A stretch of DNA of 63,902 nt, counting the filler. It is 11 parts of 11 records of this genome, joined end to end, with 100 filler letters (N's around TTAATTAATTAA, not from the genome) between each part and the next. Parts side by side here need not be neighbours in the genome. Positions count along the whole stretch, not along the records: positions 42,257 to 46,421 come from SRR7504441_11172; positions 46,522 to 52,246 come from SRR7504441_11173; positions 52,347 to 56,672 come from SRR7504441_11186; 8 more parts are not named here. One strand, 5' to 3'. Position numbers and translations under genes: made by a program. Shown one piece after another: positions 42,882 to 54,329 of the stretch. Under the pieces are notes generated by a model. The model saw only the letters and a list, made by a program, of their open reading frames with translations. It was not told the DNA's origin and ran no database searches. How positions within the stretch are numbered: position 1 is the first letter of the stretch; each line of letters opens with the position of its first letter.

Positions 42882-45800
42882 TCACTTGATGCTACGTTGC
42901 TCTTGTGCGTCCCCTGTGGGCTTATTCTCGAGTTCTAGGATCTTTAAACCAGAGTACGGTTGTGTCTTCATCTCAAATAAGTCAAGCGACCCGTCAGTCG
43001 ATCCGATGTGCACCCCGTTGGGTAGAGGCTCAGGCTCTTGCTCCTGAAGGCACTCCTTGTACCACATCTCGCGAACAAGCTTGTAAGTCTTTTCGGCCTC
43101 CTCGGGGGGAGATAGCGCCAGCTTGTCCAGCTCCGTGAAACTCTCGCGTGTCTTTGCTGAGAACGGAGTTTTCGTGGTGAGCCACTTCTCAAAGTCACGG
43201 AAGCAGTGCACGTGATTGTCCGGAAGCAACTCTTCGGTATGCAGCCGGGTGTCAAAGAACATATTCTCAGGAGCAAGTGACACCTTGAGCAGCTTGTTCT
43301 TCTCCCGTGTCACATCCATCACATCCCGAGATGCAAGTTGCATCACTCCGGTATTGCACCGACAAACAAACCAGTCGCTCTTGGCACGGATCGTGGCTGT
43401 CCTCTCATAACGAGCTCTGAAGACTAATCCTCGTGTGCACACCCGTGCCCTGCGGCCCTCCTTGCACTCCATGTCGGCATACTCGGAGCACGCCATAGAA
43501 CAGCGGTTGATGACCTGCACACCATCTAGTCAGCCCCCTGCGCGGCTGCAGCAACATGCCTCCTCTTTCAGGAAGCCAGGCTTTCCCTCAAACGATTCAG
43601 TCAGCATTGACCCGTCCAGGTACCAGTCGTCCAGTTGGCCAGGTCCTAACGGGGTGCCGTCCTGGCTCCAGGCAGCGATGATCTGGTCAAACTTGGCCAT
43701 CTCCAATTTGCGCTTCGGGTCGGGGTCATGCACAGCCTGCCTCTTCTTCCAGATCGACTCCACCCTCAACTGCAGAGCCTGGAGAGCTGACGTGCGACGG
43801 GCCTTTTCGAGCTCCTCTAGCTTTTGCACGAGTTTTTCTGCGTCCTCCTTGGCTTGTTTGAGCATGTCGACGTCGTTCTGGTGGACTTTGTTGGCCTGCT
43901 CCTCGAGTTCAGTCTTGGTGACCCACAGCACGTGCAGCGCCTTGCGCTCCCCGACTGCCTTGGACTTGACAGAGTCAGTGTCTGCTTGCAGCTTGGTCAG
44001 TGTGCGCTGTGCTGTTTCCTCGACGTCTTTGGCCTTGGCGAGAGACTGCTTCGCCTGTTCGAGCACCAGGTTTGCGGCTTTAGCGTCATGCTCTGCATCT
44101 TTGAGCGTTGCTTTGGCCCACTTAGTCCTCATGTTCAACAGCTTGGACGTCATGTCGAGCCCAGCTTCCTTGCACATGTCAGCCACCCCTGCTGCACTGC
44201 TGTCGACTTGCGCTTTGGCGTCTGCCAGCTTGGCTTGGGCCTCCTCTGTAATTTTTTCCAGCTCGACAGCTCGAGCCTCTTCCACAGCATGATCCTCCAC
44301 CGCCTTGTTATACTCAGCATCCTGATCTCGATAATAACTCTGAACCTTGGCGACATCCGGTTTCCACTTTGTAAGCGTGTCTGCAGCTCGCGCAGCATAT
44401 CGCACCTTCCGCTCTGCCTCCACTTTCCCCTCGGCTACTTGCCTCTCTAGGTCCTTGCGAGCTTTAATCTTGGTCTCCTTGTCCTCCAGCCGCATCTTAT
44501 GCTCGTTCTTCGCCTCTTTCCAGAGCTCATGTGTGCGGTCAGTGGCTGTCTTGGCCTCGTTCATCATGTTGGTTGACTCAGTAGCCATCTGCTTGGCTTT
44601 CTGCTCGGCCTCGTCCGAATTGCCTAGATCACTCACCGCCTTGTTGAGTTTCTCGACGAGCTGCAGCGTTTGGTCGTTCGAGCCAAAAACAGCATCTTTG
44701 GACGTCTTGGCTGCATCATGTGCTGACCTTGCTGCTGCCTCTGCCGACTTGGCGCCTTCGAGCGCCCGGTTGGCAGCTGCCTCCGCGTCCGGATCCATCG
44801 CGGCCTTGGCCTTCTCCACGAGTTCCTCTGCCTCAGTCACCTTGGCGGTCTTGGCCTCCAGAGCTTTGAGAGCTTCGGCCTCTGACTCAGCTGCCTCGGC
44901 ATTCTTCTTGTCCGCAGCGACCTTTTCTTTTGTCGCAATTTCCGTCACCTTGGCCGCTGTATCGCTGAGCTCCTTGTTGCCAGACTCAGCCTTGTAAGCT
45001 GCCTTCCACGCTAGCCGCCTCGAGTCAACCACTTTCTCGAGCGCATCCTTGGCGCGGTCGTAGAACACCTTGCACTGTTCAGCGTCCTTCTCGGCCACCG
45101 GAACTGCGTCGATTGCACTCCTCTCCACCTCGACTGCATTATCCTGTTTGGCTTCGAGCTCCGTCAGGCTCGACCTCCTGTTAGCCAAGTTGCTCTCAGC
45201 ACCGTCGCTCTCAGTCTGCAAAACTGATTCCCAGTCCTCAGCCTGCTTCTGCATAGCGGCTGCAGTGCTCCGGATGGTCGCCTCCCCGTCCCGCTTGACC
45301 CGCTTGGCTTCAGCCAACTGCCTGGTGTCGGATGATTTGCGCCGCGCTGACTCCGCCTGCTGTGACAGCTCTCGGATAGCGTTGTACGCGTGATCCTCTG
45401 CGTTCATCGCCACCAGTGCGGCCTCGGCAGCTTTGCTCCTGGATGCCATGGCTGTCCGGGCCCGGCTGGCCGCTTCACTCGTGCTTCGAGCATACTCGAG
45501 CGCTTTCTCTGCGTCCTCCCCTGCGTTGGTGGCTGCTACCTGCGCCTCCTGCACGGCCTTCTTAGCCTCGGCTATCTTCTCAGCCATCGAGTTGTCGTCA
45601 GCATCCTGCACGGCGGCCTCGGCCTCCGCTGCTTTCAGTGCGGCTTCTCGCTCCTTCTTGCGGGCGCTCGCGGCGTGGGCGGCCTCGCGCGCTTCTCGCT
45701 CACGCTGCTCTGAATCTTTGAGTTCCTTGGCAAAGAAATTATCCTCGTCCGCCTCCTCGGCCCTCGCGAATGCCTGCTGTTCTTCGGCTTCCAGGGCGCT

Positions 45801-46421
45801 CAGTTGGCTGGCCAGGTTGTCCCGCGCGCTCTGTGTTACCTCAAGCACCCTCTCGCTGTGCGCCACCTTGGCGTCGTCCATCTTGCGGTCGTCCCGCTTC
45901 CGATCGAACTGAACCCGCACCTCCTGGTTGCGCAGCCAGTTGCGCCACTCGACAGCCCGCGTTGTCTGGTCTTGAGTGTCGTATGTCTCTCGAGCTTGCA
46001 GCTGAGTCTCGATTGCGGCTCTCCACTTGCTGTGCGAGATCTCGTTCTCAGCCCTGAGCCGGACCTCGCGCTCGTGCACCTCCTTGGAGCTGGCCAGCAT
46101 CCGGAAGAAGTCCTCCTTAGCCTGGCGTGCCTTTGCTTGCAGGGCCTCCACGCCCCTCGGCTCCGCATTGTCTGCCTTTTCGACCATCTTCATTGCCTCG
46201 TGAGAGATCCTATTCGCCGCCTCCTCCTTCTCTGTCGCCTGGGCCGCCATCTCAGCGGCCTTGGCCATCTCCTCCTCGGCCTTCTGCGCAAGCATCTCCG
46301 CCTTTTGCCGCTACACCCCACGGTGAGCCGAGAACCGAGCCAAGCGGGCGCACCTCGTCATGAGCCTGCACACCCAGCGAGCCCTCGATCGTGTATGTGG
46401 CCTCGAGCACCCCCGACTGCA
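42882..46421 (-). CDS. Long A/E/K-rich coiled-coil protein with a C-terminal globular region (possible degenerate U-box); 5' truncated
   Basis: A 921-aa helical ORF joins a 212-aa ORF through a GAG|GC...CAG intron near 43516-43560; an upstream exon is open to the contig edge. Confidence 0.7.
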
Positions 46422-46521
46422 NNNNNNNNNNNNNNNNNNNNNNNNNNNNNNNNNNNNNNNNNNNNTTAATTAATTAANNNNNNNNNNNNNNNNNNNNNNN
46501 NNNNNNNNNNNNNNNNNNNNN

Positions 46522-49284
46522 AGATCAGTTCTGTGGGCTGCTCAACATATTTGTCGTTCTAAGTCAGCCCTACTGCGCTTGCGGCGGATTGCTGCCCAGG
46601 AGAAACGATCTGAGCTTGCTTTTATCAAGGCGACTGCCCACTGGGCTGGTGTGGGTCAAGCCAAGGGCCTGAATGCTTGGATCACTGATCTCCAGAGCTG
46701 GTACACTCAGCAGGTGTCGGATAACACAGCTTTGGAACACTGGGCCAGGCTGAAGTTCATGCAGGCATGGAGTGCAATAATTGATAATGCGCACCACATG
46801 GCCGAACAAGCGCACTATCGGCAGCTTGCAATTCAGCACTGGGCAACCAGCAAAACTGTGGACGCACTGGATGCCTGGATGTCGCATGCAACAGAGTGTG
46901 CTAGGCAGCAGCGTCTTGTAAAGCAAGCGATCATGGCTGTGGTCTACCGGTGGCTGGCCAAGGCCTGTTACATCTGGCGCGAATTTGCAGCTGACAGTTC
47001 TGCAGCTGCTGAAGATCTAAAGCTGGCCATATTGCATTACAATGAGGGGATGGCAGCCAAAGCTTTTGCAGCATTGTACTCCGACTATCTGCACACCAAG
47101 CTGGCACAACATGCCTACATTCAGATGCGGACGTACAGGCTCCTAAATAAATTGGAGCATTGGTCCCAAATTGCTGCATCACTTCCCCGAAAAACAGCAG
47201 AAAACATGCAGGCTGCTAAGATGCATTGGGTGAGTCAGCAGATGAGTTCTCGGCTAGTTGGCTGGAGGCAGTATAGTGAAGACCGGCTTCTGCTGCTTGA
47301 GCTCATGTGGCGTGCTGAGCAGCGTTGGTACCACCGAAACCTCAACGGTGGTTTTGTGGCCTGGGTGTCACGGAGTCATTTCTTCGGAAAAGGGAGAAGT
47401 GCAATGCTCAAGGCAGCACGAACCTGGCTGACAATTCACTCAAGCAGGCTGTTGCAAAGATGGAGAACTATGGCTGAGGTCATTCGAGCTGCAGAAATGC
47501 AGGCTTACCAGTACCATGTTAGCAATATCAAATTGGGTACATGGCTCGCATGGCAGGGACGGGTGAGCACCATAGCCATTGCACGACACCTGCTTGCTTT
47601 TGGCAAGAACAACTGGGAAATCACACAAACGAGGCGCATAATGATTCTCCTGGCCCATCTTGTGCATGAAAAAGCCTTGGACAGTCAGAACATGCACGTT
47701 GCTTGTAGGCACTGGCTTCAAGGTGCTGCCGGGAAAGCTCTCGACAACTTGGAGTCCTGGGTCTTGCAAAGTAGGCGCTTAGCCAGCCAAATGGCTCAAG
47801 TTGCAATCCGCAGCCGGCTAGTATCGCTTCGGCGCGCACTAGTCCGCTGGCGTGGGTCTGCTACAGCGTGGCGCGACTATCAGGAGGGGCTCCGAGACGC
47901 AGTGGCCGAGCACGCTTACATGCATTTGCTGCGACTTGGCCGGCGGAAGCTGAAAGCTCACAGGACTTGCGCGCGCATGGCAGCGAGTGCCAACCGACGA
48001 GCCTGTGCTCACTGGTTGTATTCTGTCCGGTGGGAAGCTCTGATAGATTGGTGTGAATCTGTCAAGGCACAGAAGCGGCTCATTGCCAAGGCTCGCAAGA
48101 TGGCAGCTCGTTCACGTGCAAAGGCCATCGAGGCATGGACTATTCGTCACCTGGAAATAGCCATGGACAAATGGGATGATTTCAGAAAGCAGGTCACAGA
48201 CGAGCAGTCGCAGATTAAGGAGGCTATCGGATACTACAAACTGCGCATCCAGTTCGAGCTTTTCACTCGCTGGAGGAATGCGACAATCAGTCTACTGCAT
48301 GCCAGCGGCTTATTGTGGCGAGCAGCCCGATGGTGGGACAACCGATCTGTGGCTGAGGCATTTGTTGCTCTGCAGCAGCATCAAGTCGACATGCACGATT
48401 TAACTGATGGCTACCGTGCTGCAATATTGCACAACACTAGCATGCTGATGGTTTATGGCCTGCGCAGATGGCACTGGAAGGCGCAGTTGCTGCACGAGGA
48501 GTCATTGGCCCGAATGAAGGCTGACATGCGTGCTGCTACTGAATGGGGACGCAGGATGTGTGTCCAGGCAATCGACCAGCTGTTTTTCGAGGCACGAAAC
48601 GAGAGAGCCAACAAGCTGGTCAACCTCAGGGCTGAGAACCACACAAAGAACAGGCGGATGCTTGCTGTGCTTCGCTACTGGGGCGATGCTGCTGCCAACT
48701 GGCGGGAGCAGAAAGATAACTACCAAGAAGCTGTGCTGGAATGGGCGCTGCTCAAGCTCACTGCTGCTGCAAACAAGTGGCGCTTGGTTGCTTGGCAGAA
48801 CTCATGCGGTGGTCGTGCAATGCTCATCAGTGCATCCAGCTGGCGTGGAGCCAATGCGTTTGTGGCCTTTTCGCTGTGGCGCGACTGGATAGCCTACATC
48901 AAGGGTGAAGAGACCTCGGTGGTCTCAGGTTTGGCTGCAGCTGTGGAGCACTGGAACATTCAGCGGATGACGACAGTGCTGGTGCTGTGGCGGGTGCTGA
49001 CCAGCAAAGCTTCGGGCACCAACCGCATCTTAGATGCAGAGAAGGCGTGGCGCTCGCGAGCAATGGACCAAATTTTTGTGCGCTGGCGAGACTACACTTA
49101 CTTTTACTACGAGCTAATGGAGCTGATGGCACAGGCAAGCTTCCGTTACTACCACAAGTCGCTCTCGGATGTGTTCCAAGTGTGGCGGCTATCCACAGGC
49201 AGGAAGAGCCTCAATAGCCGACCAATAGACCCGCTCGACCGAGCATTTGAGACACACTATGAGTCGAAACGACTTGTTGGGTAG
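46522..49284 (+). CDS. Sfi1-like (centrin-binding repeat) protein, 5' truncated; no introns in 2.7 kb
   Basis: More than 900 aa of helical sequence with regular A-x2-HW/Y...L/F-x2-W repeats (e.g. ALEHWARLKFMQAWSA, ACRHWLQGAAGKALDNL, AVLEWALLKLTAAANKW). Confidence 0.72.
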   Translation, partial: RSVLWAAQHICRSKSALLRLRRIAAQEKRSELAFIKATAHWAGVGQAKGLNAWITDLQSWYTQQVSDNTALEHWARLKFMQAWSAIIDNAHHMAEQAHYRQLAIQHWATSKTVDALDAWMSHATECARQQRLVKQAIMAVVYRWLAKACYIWREFAADSSAAAEDLKLAILHYNEGMAAKAFAALYSDYLHTKLAQHAYIQMRTYRLLNKLEHWSQIAASLPRKTAENMQAAKMHWVSQQMSSRLVGWRQYSEDRLLLLELMWRAEQRWYHRNLNGGFVAWVSRSHFFGKGRSAMLKAARTWLTIHSSRLLQRWRTMAEVIRAAEMQAYQYHVSNIKLGTWLAWQGRVSTIAIARHLLAFGKNNWEITQTRRIMILLAHLVHEKALDSQNMHVACRHWLQGAAGKALDNLESWVLQSRRLASQMAQVAIRSRLVSLRRALVRWRGSATAWRDYQEGLRDAVAEHAYMHLLRLGRRKLKAHRTCARMAASANRRACAHWLYSVRWEALIDWCESVKAQKRLIAKARKMAARSRAKAIEAWTIRHLEIAMDKWDDFRKQVTDEQSQIKEAIGYYKLRIQFELFTRWRNATISLLHASGLLWRAARWWDNRSVAEAFVALQQHQVDMHDLTDGYRAAILHNTSMLMVYGLRRWHWKAQLLHEESLARMKADMRAATEWGRRMCVQAIDQLFFEARNERANKLVNLRAENHTKNRRMLAVLRYWGDAAANWREQKDNYQEAVLEWALLKLTAAANKWRLVAWQNSCGGRAMLISASSWRGANAFVAFSLWRDWIAYIKGEETSVVSGLAAAVEHWNIQRMTTVLVLWRVLTSKASGTNRILDAEKAWRSRAMDQIFVRWRDYTYFYYELMELMAQASFRYYHKSLSDVFQVWRLSTGRKSLNSRPIDPLDRAFETHYESKRLVG

Positions 49285-49401
49285 TGGTTCAACTTAGATC
49301 AAACAGTTAACTATACCATAAACATATAACATTACAATGATATATCTTATCAAAGTGCATCCATATGCCGAAGATACTCCCGCATTAATAAATTGTGACG
49401 C

Positions 49402-52008
49402 TCAGCGCAACTCTGTAATCTCCACCGGGTAGGAGGCCACTGCGGTGATTAGGAATGGCCCAGTCTCACGCGCCTTGAACGTGCTAGGTATCAGCAAATA
49501 GCTCCCCGGCTCCAGCCCAAACACGGGCAGCGCCACTCCTCGCCGGGGGGCGAACGCACCAGTGGTCTCGATGGTATCTTCGTAGGTGTCGACCCGGCGG
49601 TTGCCAATCTGCTCGCGGGTCGAGACCATCTTCATGTTAATCTTGAGGAACTGGACTGCCTTGCTCTTCTTGGTCCAGCGCACGTCCTCCTGGGTGAGCA
49701 CAAGGTGCATATTGCAATTCATCCCACGCACTGGCGGCTCGCCCACCCTCAGTACATACTGCCCTGCCCAGTCAGCCCATGAGCCGCCCAGCAGCTGCCT
49801 GCGGGTTTTTCATGTACTGCTTCCGGCCGCCGCTGTTGCCACAACCCGCAGCACTCGAGCCTGTGCCACCCGGTGATCAACAAGGCAAGTTGGCTGGCTG
49901 GACCTCTCCACTCGCCACGGGTGATGCTCCGGAAGGCCGTATCCGGGAAGAGCGTGTTGATCTCCCACACCTGCCTTCCTCTCAAGCACAGCCGCACAGC
50001 CTGCGCACATCGAAAACCCGCTGCACGTCCTGGAAGCTCATCACAAATTCGCCGTCAGGGTCATCCGAAGGCTCATACTCGGCTAGCCGGCACAGCTCTT
50101 TGCTGCCCCGCAGTCAGCCGAGGGTGCAGCCGGTTAAGCTTACGTCCACCGGCGCGAGTGATCGGACCAGTCGCCGGTCCACTCGCCGCCCTTGCCCCAG
50201 GGATTCCGCACGAGCACAAGCAGAGGGTAGTTGTGCTGTTGCAGGTCAATCACCCTGCCAGTTGATCAGCTCTGGCTAACCCAGACGAGTCCACCTGATC
50301 AGCGAGTACTCGTGGTCTGCAAGGATGCCCCGCTCGGCTTGCTGCTCGCGCCCGACCCCTTCGCGGTGCGTCGAGAGCCCAACCATCACCAGCACTCCAC
50401 GGTCAGCAAGCGAGGATATCCAAGCAGCAAAGAACGTGCCGGAGGCCTGATGCAGATTCTGGAAAGCCGAGCTGGTCCTGTGCTTCTGGTTCTTCTTGAC
50501 AATCATCGGCGTTCCAGACGTCAGGTCTCTTGCCCCGTATGCCTGATTTCCGCCCTCCAGATGTGAGTAGCCTCCGTGCAGCTTGGCGTACGCCTTCTCA
50601 ATCAGCGGCACCCAGAGCGAGCTTCCAGCGTTTTCGGGGTCCGTCGGGTCGATGGTGTGCCCGTACACCAGTTTGGTTGTCGTGTATTTGCGCCACTTGC
50701 CTCCGAGCACCAGCAGCAAGTCATCGATCAACACCTCCACCCAGCGCCCATCCTTCCAGAAGCACAGGACATAGTACCCAAGCTGCGGGTTGCACTCAAC
50801 GAATCGCTGTGCGATAAGCTCCGGATGGGTGGCTGCCACGGTTGCCATCGATGAGAGCAACCAGCAGTCTCCAAGAGCGCCCTGGGCCACTTGATCGTAA
50901 CTGCAGCTCCTCCGGGGCCCAAAGAGCAATTCTCTGACGCTCCGGCTGGGCTGGCTGATCCACTCCTCGGGTCGGCACCAGATGGCTGCCTTGGACCCAT
51001 GCTGCCTCAGAATCCGGGCTGCGCCCTGCCCGTGCCGCTGGTAGTCGAATTCAGGGTCTCGGAACTTCTTCCCACGTCGCTTGATCCCAGCAATTGTCCT
51101 CTGGATATTCCTGTCTGTCACTTGGGTGGGCGCTCCGTGCGAATAGTTGAAGCTGCCGTCACGCCGGGCATACCCTATTGAGGCGGTCCGCCGAAGCCCC
51201 GACCCGTGCACCAGGTCCTCCACCTGGTCTTTGGTCTTCTGGGATTGGGGTGAGAGGGCCCGCGGCGTGACTGGCTCCCGCTCTCGGCTCAGCTCCCGCT
51301 GCCTCCGGCGCCGCTGCCGTCGATCCTCTTCCTGTCGCCGTCGATCCTCTTCCTGTCGCCGCTGCTCCTCCTCCCGTTGCCTCTGGCTCCTCTGGCTCCT
51401 CTGGCGTTGCTGTTGCTCCTGCTGCCGGCGCAGCTCTTCCCTTCGCTGCTCCTCCTGCTGCCGCCGCCGGATCGCCTGCACTCGCCGCTCGTCCCGCTCC
51501 CGCCTGGCCGCCGCCTCCTCCTTGGCCAGCCGTTCGCGCTCTCTGCGGTCGTCCGCTGGCTTGGGCTTGGGCCTGGGCTTGGGCTTGGGCTTGGATGATC
51601 TAGAGGATCTGGGTGAGCCGGCCTGCAGTCGGCGGGTGCCCAGATGCCGGTCGGCCAGCCGAAGCAGCGCCGGCTTGCCCGGGGCCATGTCGAGCTCATC
51701 CCGCGGCAGCCCTGCCCCCGCTACAGCCCGAGCAGCGGCCCAGCACCGTGCGCCCGGAGTGTGCGCTTGATCTGCATGTAGCCCATCTCGTTCAGGTCGA
51801 GTAGATCGCCACCCCGATCCCGATCGGCCGACCGGCTCCGATCCGACCGATCTCGGCTCCGGCCCCCCCGGCTCCGGTCCGCCGATTGGCTCCGGTCAGG
51901 TCGCGAGGGCGGCTCATCTGGGACCACGATGGCCTCCGGGGTGCGGGGGCGCGGTATCGGCCGATCCTCGTAGTCGCGGACATCGCCGCTCTCAAAGCAG
52001 TTGCCCAT
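49402..52008 (-). CDS. Calpain (CysPc + domain III) with acylation motif and charged N-terminal extension; 6 introns (1 GC-AG)
   Basis: MGNC start; catalytic triad QGALGDCWLLS, HEYSLI, VRNPWG; EKAYAKLHGGYSHLEGG; domain III NPQY...YLLIPSTF. Confidence 0.9.
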
Positions 52009-52111
52009 TGATCACCAGCACAGCGCGGGGCAGCTGGGCCGGCAACGGAAAAAGCGTTTTGTCGGTTAGGAAAGCGGTTGCGACGCGAGACGAGCCATCA
52101 TCAAAAGCAAC

Positions 52112-52246
52112 ATGGGATACAAGCCGAGAAAGAAGGGAGCCCTCACCGAGGACCAGCTGGACGAGATCCGTGAGGCCTTCGGCCTCTTCGACAACGACGC
52201 CTCCGGCGCCATTGATGTGCGTGAGCTCAAGGCCGCCATGCGTGCC
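52112..52246 (+). CDS. CETN: Centrin (5' fragment)
   Basis: [35 protein letters not shown] is the centrin EF1 signature. Confidence 0.88.
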
Positions 52247-52730
52247 NNNNNNNNNNNNNNNNNNNNNNNNNNNNNNNNNNNNNNNNNNNNTTAATTAATT
52301 AANNNNNNNNNNNNNNNNNNNNNNNNNNNNNNNNNNNNNNNNNNNNCTGGGTTATGGGCCCGCCACGCTAACCTCGGCTCCACAGCGCGCAGCACTGCCC
52401 AACTGGTCCCGGATGGAGTCTTCGCTGCGTGCACAAGGACTGCTACGAGGGGGGCGGGAACGAGGATTGCTGAAATATGCACAATACGGCATGCGCTGCA
52501 TGCACCAGTGGCTTCCCCAGGGATTACAGTCCTAGGTTTCCCAGGGACGTTGAACACGGTTGAACAATCCTCAAAGATGAAGCTCAAATGATTAGTGTAA
52601 AACACATGCATGCCCAATGTTTAGTAGGATCTGAACAGTCAATTAGGCAACTGTTCGATTGTTGTACTCGTGAGTATATTCGTACATTTTGATTATATTC
52701 ATATTCTTATTATTCGTTTGAGGGGGGGCG

Positions 52731-54270
52731 TCAGTTGTCGACAAAATTAATAGTAAAGCGAATCTCCCAAACACGAGACGGAATGTCTATAGTGAAACTG
52801 ACTCGGCCCTTGCTCTTGGCAAGCTCAAGCGAGTGCGAACTCGGCCGCTCCTGTCCCGGGCAGTTACGCCCTCCCAGCTGAGCCGGCACCCATTCGGTAG
52901 TCTCGCTCAAGTCTAGACTCAGCTCGGCCAGCCGCTGCTTCTCATCCTCTGCCCACACTTCTATCCTCAGCTCCGCATGCAGCTCGCCTGGACCAGATAC
53001 TCAACCCTACTGCCAAGCACCCGGTGGACCTGGCAACAGATCCGCTTGATCAATGCTAAACCCGAACAGTTGCTCCTCCTCCTCCCGCTGGAGGTCCCGC
53101 AGCCCGCTGCTCAGTCTCTCCTCCGACTGATTGGCCTTGACGGTCTTGATCACAAACACGCCCCGCTGCTCCTCGAGCCCAGCCAGTTGGCTGCAGCTCA
53201 AGCCAGACAGCGTTAGCAGCTGCTTCTTGCCCCGGAGCTCAGCTAGCTCGGCTGCACTCAGTTCTGCAAGCTTGACCGCAGGCTGGCTCGCTGGCTCCGT
53301 GATCTGCTCTGCCTCCTCTTTGGACACTCGGAGCACCTCAAAGGTCAAATCTACCGCCCCACTGTCTGGTAGCGCCAGTTGGATGGTTTGCTTTGGACCG
53401 GTCTGCACATCATACACTGGGAGCGAACCTGGTCCAGCCACAGTGACCTGCACATGGTCAGATCTCACACAGCATGGCTCGGGCTCACGTGTTGGTCGTC
53501 ACACAGCTGAAAACTCACTGTCCCGGTCCGAGCTTTGCCGTCCGCCTCGAATTTGAGCAGCTCGCCAAACTGACAGAGCCCGCCCTCGCCCGCAGGCTGG
53601 CTGGCGGTGCTCTTGGCCTGCATCGGCAGCGAGGGCAACCCATCCACCACCACACTCACGAACCAGCAGACCCCAGGCTCGGCCGATGGGGTTCCGCAGC
53701 TATTCACAGTGATCTGGAGCACCTCTGGCTCCACTTTGCCCTCCCTTTCGTCCCGGGCGGCCCGGTCAGCCTCCTCCTTCTCAAAAGCCCGACGAGCCGC
53801 CTCCGAGGGCCCGGCTGGGGCGGTAGAGGGCCGGCTGATCGGCAGCCGAGGGTGAAGCGCTCGCTGTGACTGCTGCAGCCGGATGGCGGCCTGTTCGGTG
53901 CCCGGAGCCTGCAGCTGTTTCAGCAGCCACGGGTCCAACTCGGTCCGCGGCGGCTCGAGCGCGTATCGCTCACCGAGCAGGTGCCAGAGCTCGGGAACCG
54001 GCATGCGGCCGAGCCAGGCCGCGGCCAGCTCGTCATACTCCGGACCAACCACCGGCTGCCGGCCGCTGGCCTGCCGAGCGGTGAGCTCTCGGCGGGGCGG
54101 CGGGTCACCAGCTGCTTGTTGAGGGCCTCGACCAAGAATGGGAGCAGGTCAGCGGGCAGGTAGCAGAGCGCCAGCCGGGTCAGCCCAGCGCACCGGCTCT
54201 CAAACCAGCTGCGCGACAGCTGGTCCTCGATTGCAGCCCGTTTGGCGGCGGGGCGCCACTCGAGGGCCAT
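52731..54270 (-). CDS. Protein with probable tandem C2-like domains; several tiny introns
   Basis: VLQITVNSC...FVSVVV...QFGELLKFE...VSFQLCD, plus a second beta-rich unit LFGFSI...LRIEVWAE...LAELSLDL. Confidence 0.55.
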
Positions 54271-54329
54271 CCCTAGCAGTCGTCCCAGAATAGCGGCCGC
54301 GGCCGCGGGAGAGAGAAAAAAAAGGAGAT

